A stretch of DNA of 60,239 nt, the filler included, from Xylographa opegraphella (Eukaryota): NCBI GenBank assembly GCA_022813865.1. It is 2 parts of 2 records of this genome, joined end to end, with 100 filler letters (N's around TTAATTAATTAA, not from the genome) between each part and the next. Parts side by side here need not be neighbours in the genome. Positions count along the whole stretch, not along the records: positions 1 to 30,368 come from JALDZX010000119.1; 1 more part is not named here. One strand, 5' to 3'. Below are positions 1 through 11,749 of the stretch, piece after piece. The notes beneath the pieces are model-generated. The model ran no database searches. It was not told the DNA's origin and was given only the letters and a program-made list of their open reading frames with translations. The position numbers were made by a program, and so were the translations under genes. Numbering within the stretch: the stretch's first letter is position 1; each line of letters starts with the position of its first letter.

Positions 1-60
1 GGTGCTAGTCCTGATCCAGCCCGACCCCTATTACTTGTGACTGATGTCATAATCGTCACA
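1..60 (-). mobile_element. Solo-LTR family A, partial (window edge)
   Basis: Reverse complement of the first 60 nt of the 183-bp A copies at 35705 and 55913; ends ...GTCACA. Confidence 0.9.
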
Positions 61-195
61 AATACAAACATTTTGTACGAAGACTATTACTCTTGAAGAA
101 CTATTAAACTGTTACTGTGCCTTTTTATTTACTCATTGACGAATTCAACCTAGATCCCTAATCAAATTATATTAATAAAAAGCAGAATCGTAACA
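61..195 (+). mobile_element. 3' part of Gypsy LTR family C, interrupted by the A copy
   Basis: Aligns with 34245-34378, sharing the end GCAGAATCGTAACA. Confidence 0.8.
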
Positions 196-321
196 GTTAT
201 ATATATTTTAATAATTTTAATTAATAAAATGTAGATTAAATTATATAATTCGTAACGTTAACTGACTCGAGTTTATTTTTAATATAATTTGATTTTCAAA
301 TCGTACACGTAACGTTGAAAA

Positions 322-2035
322 TATATTACGATATAAATTGAATTGAATTTGAGTTGAATTTTAAATTGAATTCAAAAAGGTCTCGATTTAATTTGATTTT
401 CTGAATTAAATTTTAAATTAAATCGAGTTAATTTAATCGTATAATTATATAAAATTTATATTATATATGAAATTTACATAATATATTTATATAATATAAT
501 ATATTTATATAATATAATATATTTATATAATATATTTTTATAATAATTGCGAATTTTTATATTTACGCGTATATTATACATTTACGTATTTTATAAATTT
601 ACGCGTATTTTTTTATGATAAACGTGTTTTATAAATTTATATATATATTATACGTATACGTAATTTATAAATTTATATAATTTCCGTATATTTTATTATA
701 ATAAATGTATTTTCGAAATTTATATATATTTATTACGTTTATTGTTACGGCTCGCTATCTCACCAGAAAGGCAGGCCTAGAACCTCAGCTATAGGTGAGC
801 GATTTCAACCTAGAATAATATAAGGAAGCAAGTTTAGTAATACACGTAGAAGTTAAAATAAACAGTGCTAACGCCAAGACTCCTAACCGCTTTCGAACTA
901 GCCTGAGTCCCGGACGCGCTTTAGTCTCGTTCCGTCTATCACTTGTTAAGGTGCCATGTAACACGCCGTTACATTTATAAATTTGCGTGATTTTCGCATA
1001 TATTAATAAAATAAACGTATTTTATAAATTTACGCGTATATTATACGTTTGTAAATTTACGAATTTATACGTATTTTATTATGATAAACGTATTTCGTAA
1101 ATTTGTATAAATTTATAATAATTACGAATTTATTTAATTTATATATATTCGTTATATTTACGAGCCCGCGTAATTTATATATATTTTATTATAATAAACG
1201 TATTTCGCAGGCCTGCGCGTATTTTATTAATAAACGAATTTTACAAATATACGTATATTTTACAAATTCGCGTTATAAATTTACGTTGTAAAACATAACG
1301 TAATATTTGAAATTTTTCGTTTACAATATTTTAATTTTAAAAATTGATTTTAAACAACGTTAATTTAAAATTTAATTTACATAAATTTACGATATTTAAT
1401 TAATTATAATATTTAACGTTCGATAAAAAATTCATTTTTGATAAATTGAATTTTTATTATAAACGATTGTTTTTAATACGTAAAATTATAAAAATAAAAA
1501 TAATAAAAAATACAATTCAAAATACGCGCAAATTCGTAAAATATAAATTAATGTATATAATTCGTTTAATATAATATAATATACGTAAATTACGCAATTT
1601 TGTTCATTCGTAAACGTAATAAATACGCGTAAATTTATAAAATACGTTTATTATAATAAATACGCGTAAATTCGCAGATTTGTAAACGTAATAATTATAC
1701 GCGTAAATTATTTAAATTAATAAATATGACGAATATACGCGTAAATTACGTCAATTCGTAAATATAATAAATTTATGGAATACGTTTATTATAATAAAAT
1801 ACACGTCAATTACGTAGATTGATAAATTACGCAAACGTATAATATACGCGCAAATTTGAAAAATTTATACAAATTTATTATATTAATTTTATATATAATA
1901 TAATTTTAAATAATTATACGACTGGATTAATTCAGTTCAGTTCAATTTAATTTATAAAAAAAATTCAATTTAATTTTAAATGAATTGAATTATTTATTCA
2001 ATCATTCAATTCAATTCAATTTATATCGCAATATA
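322..2035. mobile_element. Foldback/MITE-like element with long modular terminal inverted repeats (RIP-degraded)
   Basis: Left end TATATTACGATATAAATTGAATTGA (322) is the reverse complement of right end TCAATTCAATTTATATCGCAATATA (2035), with one transition. Both arms contain inverted ~36-38 bp tandem units. Possible TA TSD. Confidence 0.7.
743..973 (-). mobile_element. Solo-LTR family B (231 bp)
   Basis: TGTTACGGC...GCCGTTACA termini, perfect TSD TTTAT, near-identical to copies at 53112 and 55018. Strand assigned only relative to family A. Confidence 0.92.
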
Positions 2036-2427
2036 ATTGAATAAATTTAATTATAAAAACGAATTTAATAATAAATATATTAAATACATTAATAAAAAAA
2101 CAAAAACTCGATCCAAAAATATATTTTTTGCGTAAAAAACAAATTTGTAAAAATATTAAAAAAAACATCGAATTTATCAAAATTAAAATCATAATATAAT
2201 TCTAACGCGTTAAATTTCTTGACGTTATTTATTAAATAATTATTTTTAAATTTTAGGCGATATAATATATTTAAAACGATGTTAAATTTATTTAATTTAT
2301 ATCGAATATTAAACGAGAAGGTTCAAATATATTCGCTGGTTTTAATTAGTTTTAATTTTAATTTTTTTATCAATAACGTTGTAAAATTTATTTAATTAGC
2401 AATTTCGACGCTTACTTTACAATCTAT

Positions 2428-2804
2428 TGTAAAGGAATTTGTAGGAAGTCCGCAGCAGCCTAGTTGAGTAGGCAAAGGGGTAGGCAAAAGGATTGGATCG
2501 GGGTCGCAGCTAGGTCAAGTCTTTTCTGAATAAGGTNACTATCCGTCCGACAGAGAGTGAAAAGAAGAAAAAACGAATTAACTGCCGTTGTGGCTCTGCT
2601 GCTCTATCGCTATATGCAGATGCGTGAGGAAGGAAGCTCGAAATCTAAAAAGCGCCCAAAAGACCCGCCCCGAATCCACCACACTATATAAATAATAATC
2701 GATTTTTGTAATTTTTAATTATATGTTGAATCTTTTAAAATATTTGTATTGTTTTTATTATTTTTAGCTTCATTGACTAGTATCGAGTCTCAATATCAGT
2801 TATA
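2428..2804 (+). mobile_element. Putative LTR-like GC-rich island
   Basis: Starts TGTAAAGG, has a GC-normal core to ~2685 followed by TATATAAA. No second copy in the window and no TSD found. Confidence 0.35.
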
Positions 2805-3425
2805 AATTAATTAAAAAATTAATAAATTGAATTGCTATTTTTAAAAAGTATTTAAATAAATTAATGCCGAGTTTAATGTATTAAATAATAGCATTTATTA
2901 TTTTGTTAACGCGTCGAAATCGATTAAAAATACTCGAAATTAATTAAATTTAATTCATATTATTAAATTTAATAATGTTTTTAAATAATTTCGTTTAAAA
3001 TTATTTTTTTAAATATAAATTAATAAATAAATAATGGAATTAAATTTTGCTTTGATATTGCTAGCCACCGGCGAATCTTTTAATATATAATTTTTCTTCA
3101 TTATAATAAATAAAAATTATTTATATGTATTAAAATATATTTCGAGCTGCTTAAATATTAAAGCAAAATGTAACTTATTTATAATGAGTAAATTTTTAAC
3201 TATTATAAATTTAAACGAATTTGTTATTTGCTTCAATAATTTAATGTTTAAATTGTCCAGGAAAATCTTTATAATTTTAAATTTATCAAAAATCTATCGT
3301 AAATAATTAATATATTTTAATAATAATTTCGAGAATACTACCACGTTACTTATATATACGCGATATTTTTTTAAAAAACTATATTTACTTACGGTTGTAT
3401 ATATACTAGCTAGTTAAGATATTTT

Positions 3426-3580
3426 ATTATTATTATATTAAATAATTCTGAACTATAATATATTATTATTATATCAAATAATTTTTAACTATAATATATT
3501 ACTATTATAATAAATAATTTTTAACTATAATCCATTATTATTATATTGAATAATTTTTAACTATAATATATTATTATTAT
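3426..3580. repeat. 36-bp tandem repeat, ~4 copies
   Basis: Unit ~ATTATTATTATATCAAATAATTTTTAACTATAATAT repeated with RIP-type variation. Confidence 0.8.
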
Positions 3581-4962
3581 TAAACGATTTTTATATTTAC
3601 TAGCGATTAATTATTAATAAAAAAATAACGAGTAATCGACGATTATTATGTAATTATATTTTTAAACTGCGGCGATAATGTTATTTTGTAATAATAAAAA
3701 ATATGCGTCGAGTAATCCGAATTAATTCAAATTACGTATATTTATTATTATTTCATTTTTCAATTCGTTTATTAATTATTATTATATTGCAAATATTAGA
3801 TTACTAAATAACGTATAAAAATTTATTTGTTTTATTCGTTTTTGTTGATATAATTTTTTAAAGGTTAATTTATATTTTTTTATTTTTGACTTTTAATAGA
3901 TAAACTTTTGCTTTATCGGAAAATTTTAACTTTTTATTTAATCGAAAGAATATTCATATATACCAAAATTTTAAAGTTTTTATGAATTCGAAATTTATTT
4001 ACAAATCTAAAAAATCGTTAATTCATTATATAAATATAAAAACTATTATTGTTTCGAACTTAAATGCTAACGTCGTTAAAAATAAATTATTTTAATATTA
4101 ATAGCGATTTGGTTTATAGTAAATTTAACCCTTATCTTTAGAAAAAAGAAATAAAGGCGCTTAGCAAATATATCGTCGACTTTAAAAATTATAAAAATAT
4201 TGATTTAATTATAAATTGCGCTACGGTAAATAATATTATAATTTCGATAAAGATTTTTTTCAAATTATTTCGATTTTCGTATTATTTTAAAAGCGAGCTC
4301 GAAAACAGTAATGAATTTTTTAATAAATTAATAATAATTCTCGCAATTTATTTTTATTATATATTTTAATCGAATTTTTTTAATATTTTGAAAAAGCGCT
4401 CGAAATCGTTTTTAGTTATAATATATAATATTAAAACGTTAATTATATATACTTAAAGCGAAAATCTTAAATACGGCAATCTCGATTCTAATAAAAAATT
4501 TCTATTTAACGATATATTCGTATAAAAAATTAATATAAATATTAATTAATAGAATTGTATTATTAAATTCTTTTCATTAATTTTTATATAATTTATTCGT
4601 TTCATTAAACTCCTGGCCGTACGATTTTAAATGAAAACTTTTATATCATAGAAATCAATATAAATAATTCGTCTTAAAAGATATATATTAATACTTTTAA
4701 AATTTATAATACTTATTTCTATTAATATTTTTATTTGTGAATTGGTTATTAGATAAATTTCACGCTCGATAAATATTATAAACTTTCTTTAACACGTTTT
4801 TAATAAATAATTTAACAAAATTGTATCTTTATTAATATTATGTTTTTCGATTTTAATGTTTTTTGTTTTTATCGACGTCGTTATAATTTTAATAATCATA
4901 AAAAAACATTACATAAAATTTATACCTTATTCGCTATTAATAAAATATATTTTATATGTGTA

Positions 4963-7355
4963 TGTCACGGGCTAAAGCTGTATAATTTTAATTCCTGAGA
5001 TCTGGGTCGAAAACCTTCGGCTCTGTTATTAAGGGGTAATACCACGTAATGCCCCCGGGTTATAATAGGGTTTAAAAGCCTTTCACCTTCTTTCTTTAGC
5101 AATTAATTTTAAAATAACATAATTATTACAAAATATTTTATATTATTACAAATCCAAAGATTAAATCTTTTATTTAATTAAGGTTTTAATTCTTTATAAT
5201 TTTAATTGTTTTATTTTATTCGAAATAAGAATTTATTATACATCGCAATGCTTAAAACGCGAAAAAAAGAACGAGCTGGCGTTTAAACACAAAAAATAAA
5301 TACAGTAGCCTCGAATATTATAATATAAAAAATACGAAATTATAAATCGAAAGAATACAAATAAAAATAACTTTAAAATTTAAAGAAAACGATGATAGAT
5401 CGCTAAATAAACAAAAAATATAAATAATAATCGAACGAGCTCGACTTGAAAAACAACGTAAATTAAAATAACCAATTTTTTATATATATATTATATTAAT
5501 ATATTCACGGCGAAATATCAGCGATATACTTATAAAATATCCTTTAATTTGTTGTCAATGACATTGAATTAATGCTCGTAACGACCACGATTATAAGTCT
5601 TTAACCTCAAAAATTAAAAATTTATAATAATAAAATTAAAAAAAGTAGATAAATTAAATTAAAAACGTAAAAACTGGTTTTAACTTTTGCCTCGATTTTT
5701 TTTCGACGAAAAAGTAAAAAATTCTTTAATATATATAATTTTAAAAAAGAAAACCTCGAAATACGTATTATTGAATATATAATTAAAACAATTTTTTTTA
5801 AATATATTAGAAAAAATTTACGAACTTTCTGCTTAATATTATCGTTAATTTAATAATTAAAAGCTTTAATATATTTAAATTTATTCGAAAGTTATATAAA
5901 AATCGAATTAATTTATTTATAATTTTATAGCTTATTTTAGCCAGCTAAAAACTTATTTGCTATTATACAGCGAAAAATATACGAAAAATTATTTTTTATT
6001 AAATTACGACTTTTTCTATAAAATACTTTATTAAATTATTAAAATATTTTAATAATAAAAAAAGGTTCAATAGCTTTCGCAGTACGATTTAGAATGAATA
6101 TAAATACGACAAGCAAAAAAGCGTTATTATTTTATTGAATCGCTAGCGACAATAAAATTTTTAGTAAAAAAATTTTTAATTCGAAGGAATTTAATCAAGA
6201 AGGCTATAAACGGAAACGAAATAAACAGTCGAAACGATATAAATAACGCCAGAATAAAAAATTAATCACAAAAATAAAATAAAAAAAGAATTAGTTTGAC
6301 GTAAAGCATTAAACGTACGAAAAAAACACTTTTCCATTACGTATTTTAGTAGATATTTTGATTTTAATTTAAATAAATTTTCAATCGATTTTGTTATATC
6401 GTTAAAAAATTAACGAGCAGTGTCGCTATTTTAGCATTAACGTAACGATAACCAAAATAAAGTTTAAATTCAATTTAATAATAAATTTTTTTATAAATCA
6501 CAAATAGCAGCTATTAAAATATTATTAAATATAAACTTTCAAATTAATATAATAACTCAGCGTTTTTATCGTCGAATATCAATTGCCACGCCTAAAAAAT
6601 ACATTATTAAAATCATAAATTACAAAAAAAATAGTTACTACTATAATATTTGTAAATTTGAATATTATTTCAATAATAATTTAAGGAAATGTAAAATTAA
6701 AATTTGTATCTTTTACGTATTGAATAAAAAGGGCCCAACGCTAATTTTAAATATTTTTTTCCTTAGGAAAGAAAAATTTATAAATTAACATTAAATCGCA
6801 AACTTAACGTTTTATATTAAAAACTATTTTTAACTTTAAAAAATACAAATATTTTCGTAAAATTACTAAAGAACAACTTAATCGTTTTCGCCTTATTAAT
6901 ATTTAAAGTTTTCGTTTAAAAAAATTATAGTATTAATACACGCGTCGCAAGCATCACCGTAATATTTACGAATTTAAAAAAATATAAAAAGTTCGCCGAC
7001 GTATTCTTTATTAAAAATACCAAAAAATTTCATCGCACAAAAATTATAATTATATAATCGATTTTAAAGATAAAAGCCATTTTACAAACCTTTATACACT
7101 TTTTTTTTACAAAATTATAAACATTAGAAATTTACTTTAACGACGTTTATAACGAAGGGTTATATTAAACATTTTATTAATTCAACCGAAGCATTTTGTT
7201 TTTTGATTTTTAAAAAAACGAAAATTTTCGACTATACGTAAATTATAAAAAATTTAATAAAATAATTATTGAAAATAAATACGTATTTCTCTTTATGAAC
7301 GAAACGCTCAGTCGATTTAAAGAATTTAAAAAATTTATCAAATTAATCCTTAAAC
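4963..7355 (+). mobile_element. Truncated Ty3/Gypsy element (family H): 5' LTR ~4963-5240, gag, protease, start of RT
   Basis: Starts TGTCACGGGC. 7180-7350 reads, after de-RIP, as the RT N-terminal block (KKDG.LRLCVDYRGLN.IT..N.Y.LPL..E.L.RL...FTKL) and breaks off at the next element. Confidence 0.8.
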
Positions 7356-8229
7356 TTTTTATCCTTCGTACGTAATAAAATATTTTATATATATATATTT
7401 AAAACGATATAGATTTACGCGCATTATTATACTCGTAAATTTTTAATTATAACATCGATAATATTATCGTTTTTCGTTTTTATAATCGTCGAATTATTAA
7501 TATACTAGCTTTATATAATAAAATATTTTTAGCAGGTTGTCTACTTGCGCTTAATTTCAATGAATATTATATATAAATCATTTTTTTAAAGTATAATAAA
7601 AAAATATTTTAAGTTATTACTTTTTTTTTAAATTTATTATACTCGTAAATTTATTTACAAACGCATATACGTTTCTGTAATATATAAACTTTTTTATATT
7701 TATAATTATATTAATGCCTTCGGTCTTGAAGTTACAATAATAATTATTTTCTAAATTTTATATAATGATTTACAATTATAAAATTAAATGTCGAATTTTT
7801 TGAAATTTGTGCCGCATGTTGCTTAATAAAATTATATTAAAAAATACCGGCCGTGGTATTAAAAATAATATATATTAATCGTTTTTGGTAAGTTTATTTA
7901 ATATTCAAAATTAGGGATTTACGAAGGGGGTAAAATCTTCGGATAATATCAAAATTTATAATATACCTAAAAAAATATAGTTAAATTTTTACTTTTCAGA
8001 AAAATCGATAATTTAGATATTTTAATAATTTAATTATTAATTATCGTATTTTATATAACGTATTCGAATAAAAATTCTAATAGTCGTTTAAAAATACTAA
8101 ATCGTTTAACAATATTAAGTCGAGATTAAATAATAACGTTAAATTTAATAATTATTAGTTAAATTATCTAATTATTTGAAAATTTTTATTTTAAGATTAA
8201 CCGAAATTGTATTCGACTTGTTATCTTTA

Positions 8230-10250
8230 TTTTATCAAGCGATTTGAAATATTGATAAATATTTATATTATTTAAAGGTATATTTTTACTATATCGTAAA
8301 TTTTAATTGAAACTTTTTTACAAAAAATAAGTCAATATATACGTAATCTGTATTTAAAAAGATTTTTAATCAATAAATTAACTTTAGAAAAATCTTTATA
8401 TTAATTCCGGTCTAGTTAATATAACGTAATTAAACACGAATTATAATTAAATATTAAGATATCGTAAACATATATAAAATATAAAAGAATAAAATAAAGT
8501 TTAAATCTGGTTTTAATTAATTTTGACGGAAATTCTTTTTTTCAAAAAATACTTTGCTTTACTGCAAAATTGAAACATACTAAATAACGAAATTATTAAC
8601 GTAATCTCGCATTTGGTTCTATAAATTTTTTTAGTAAGTTAATAAAATTTATATTAATTAATAGCTTTTGGTGTCGATATTTATTACAAAAAAAGTATCT
8701 AACGAATTTAATGAAAACATTATATCGTAGGGCTAATATTGAATTATTACGTAAATAAATTATAAATAAAAGATTAAATATAATAATTTTGTAAAAGATT
8801 TTGGCTTTAATCCAATAAAAGACTTAGATTTTGAATTTGGGATAATGTGAAATACTCTGCAATGATCATATTATTTTAAGACTAATTGCTAAAAAAAGAA
8901 GGGGGGACGACAGAATTAGAAATACGATAGAAAAATATATTATTATTAATATAACTACGTTAAATTCGAATTGGCCTCAATTATTAAAGAAAATATTTAA
9001 TATATATATTATTGATAAAGCGTATTTAATTAAAAATCCGAGTACGAATACATATATATTTATTTAATAATTGAATTATAACTTTTATATTTATATCATC
9101 GTAATTTTACTCTTTGCAAAAGTTTCGAATTAAAAAAATTATTAAATATTTAAAAAATTAAGGAATATTATATTGATATAAAACCCTTATAATTTCAAAT
9201 TATAAAACATCGAATCGGATATAAATCTTTAAATACTTTTTAATAAATATTTAGTTTATATATTCAAAGTTATTATAAAAATCGCGAACGTATTTATAAT
9301 TTTTCAGATCGATTTTATTTAATCGAGCGCCTTTATAAAGAAGATTTAGGAAATAATAGTAATTCGACGTACGTGTTGATCAAAATTGTCGTTTATTAAC
9401 GAGAAGATAATTGAAAATCATTTTTCTTATTTATATATTATCGTATTTAAAATAAATTATACCAGAAAAACGCGAATATATGTTTTGGTATGCGAATTTA
9501 ATATAAAAATTAATCTATAAAAATAGAAAATTAATAAAGTTTGATAATTCTTTAATATTTTCAAAAAATTCAACCTCGCGTATATTTGATCTGAATTTTA
9601 ATATATTTAAAAATGAACTGAAGGCTTCTTCGATTACTAAATTTAAAAACGATACTAATATAATATAAAAATAATTATAAATAATATAAAAAATATTTTT
9701 TTGAAGGGATTATATTTTACGTTTTTAAAAAATAAATAAAGAAAGTTTATGAAAAATTACTTTAAAGAAAGCCTCGAAAGTTCGAGTTTTAATTTAAATA
9801 ATAATCGATATAACGATAAAGAATCTGAAAAAAGAAATTATTTAATATACGGATTTGATTATTCAAATTTTTATATAAAAATGGTTAAAATTAATAAATA
9901 TAGCGATTAAAACTTTGACTGTCGGTTAAATTTTTCTTAAGCAATCATCGATATATTTAACAAGTTATTAATTATATACTGAATTTTGATTTATATATAT
10001 ATTCATATAATAATACAGTTCTCAATCTTTAATATTAATATTACGATAATATTTGGTTAAATATATTTTCGAATATTTTTATCGACGTACAAACTATCGA
10101 GCGTATATAATATAAAAAATTAAACTTTATCGTATAATTTGTGAAACTTTATTTATTAAATATATTTAACGATTAAATTATGAAATATTAATAACATTCG
10201 TAAAATTTTGCGTGCGATAATAATCGAGCTCGACGCGTATTCATTAAATA
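8230..10250 (+). pseudogene. RIP-inactivated SNF2-family (SF2) helicase/ATPase
   Basis: 9008-9046 IIDKAYLIKNPST (de-RIP IVDEAHLIKNPST, motif II). In-frame 9098-9109 de-RIP TATP (motif III). 10021-10032 LNL* (LNLQ, motif V). 10090-10104 QTIER (QAIGR, motif VI). Confidence 0.8.
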
Positions 10251-11749
10251 ATAGCGGAAATTAAGCAAAAAATTACGACAATAAAAATTTAAAATTTATA
10301 AAATAAGTTAATTAACGTTTTTAATTTTAAATTGAAGGGTTTTGAATTATTTTTTCCTTATTTTTGAACAGATTTTACGGCAATTGCTGCGTAATGCGAA
10401 AGAGAATAAAATCAATATTTAATTATTTTTAGCGAAAATTTTATCAGTTTTACGGCGATAAAAAATAAAATAATACTTTAAAGGTGGAATTTAAAATATA
10501 TATTCTAAGTTTTTTGATATTAAATTTATTTATTTTGTGTATATATTGCCTCCCGCGCTGCGGAAGCCCTATAGTAATTGAATAATAAATCGCTATTTTA
10601 TTCATAAAATAATTATTTATTACGAATTTTAATTCTTTATGATTTTAAAATTTAATGAATAAGCGCCGAACTTAGTTCTTTTTTAAGTCAAATATTTTTA
10701 ATTATTTATAAATTTCGCTTAAAACAAGGTATTTTATAATCAATTTTTTAAGTTTTAAATTGTCTTGCAAGTAAATACATTTGTTTCAAAAATGGATTTA
10801 TAAATGATATATACACTCGATTATATTATATAAAAGGGCAATAAAAATTTTAATTTTAATTTTAAAAATGAAATTTTCTATTTAAAAAAGTCGATAGCAA
10901 TTATCGATGCAATTTATATCAATAAGCCCATAATAATTAATGATACGAGCGATAATATATTGAAATATACTAAATTACAATATTTCAAGAATATTATTTA
11001 TTGTTAATTAAGCCCTATAAAGCGCTAATGATAAATTTAACGGCGATATTGAAATTTAAAGTACGCAAGATTAATTTAAGATTTTTTAATTTAATAAATA
11101 ATAATTAATAAACGATGAATTAAATAGAGATAAAAACGAAAGTAAAGGTTTTACAATTAATAAAAACACCGACCGATATTTTTAAAAATATTTTTGAAAT
11201 ATCAATAAATTTATTTAATTTTATACGTAAAGAAATGAATACTTTATAAAATAGAATAAGTACAACGTAATATTAAAAATATTTACAATATTTATAGCAA
11301 TTATCTGTCGAACCTCGATTCGACGGAAAATAAAACCGTTTTTAAATTATTAAAAATTCGCGTTTAAATTAAACATTATTCAATCGTCGATTAAAGGCAT
11401 GCCGTTGTTTTAGCTAATATTCGTACTTTGATTTTAAAAGATTCGAAAGTTTGAAATCGAATTATAATCGACTGCGAAAGATTTAAAATATAAAAAACCT
11501 TCGTTGTTTTTCGAAACTAAATCGAATCTCGAAACAAATATAAATGTCGTTAAAATTAATTAAAATAATTAAACTTTTATTAAAGTTAAACACATTAAAA
11601 CTCCGTTTACGTCGAATAATCCCCTTACTAAACTTAATAAAAAAGGCAATTACCGTGATTATTAAAAAATAATAATTTTAACTTATTTATAACAAAACCT
11701 TGATTTACACAATACGAAAAACGTGAATTTATTGATACAATTTTATAGA

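Noticed and set aside
3900..3970. Possible P-loop (de-RIP W.PSRSGKG) on the minus strand suggesting a viral Rep/SF3 helicase
   Set aside because: It needs many assumed reversions, the first Gly is not recoverable by transitions, and no supporting motifs were found.
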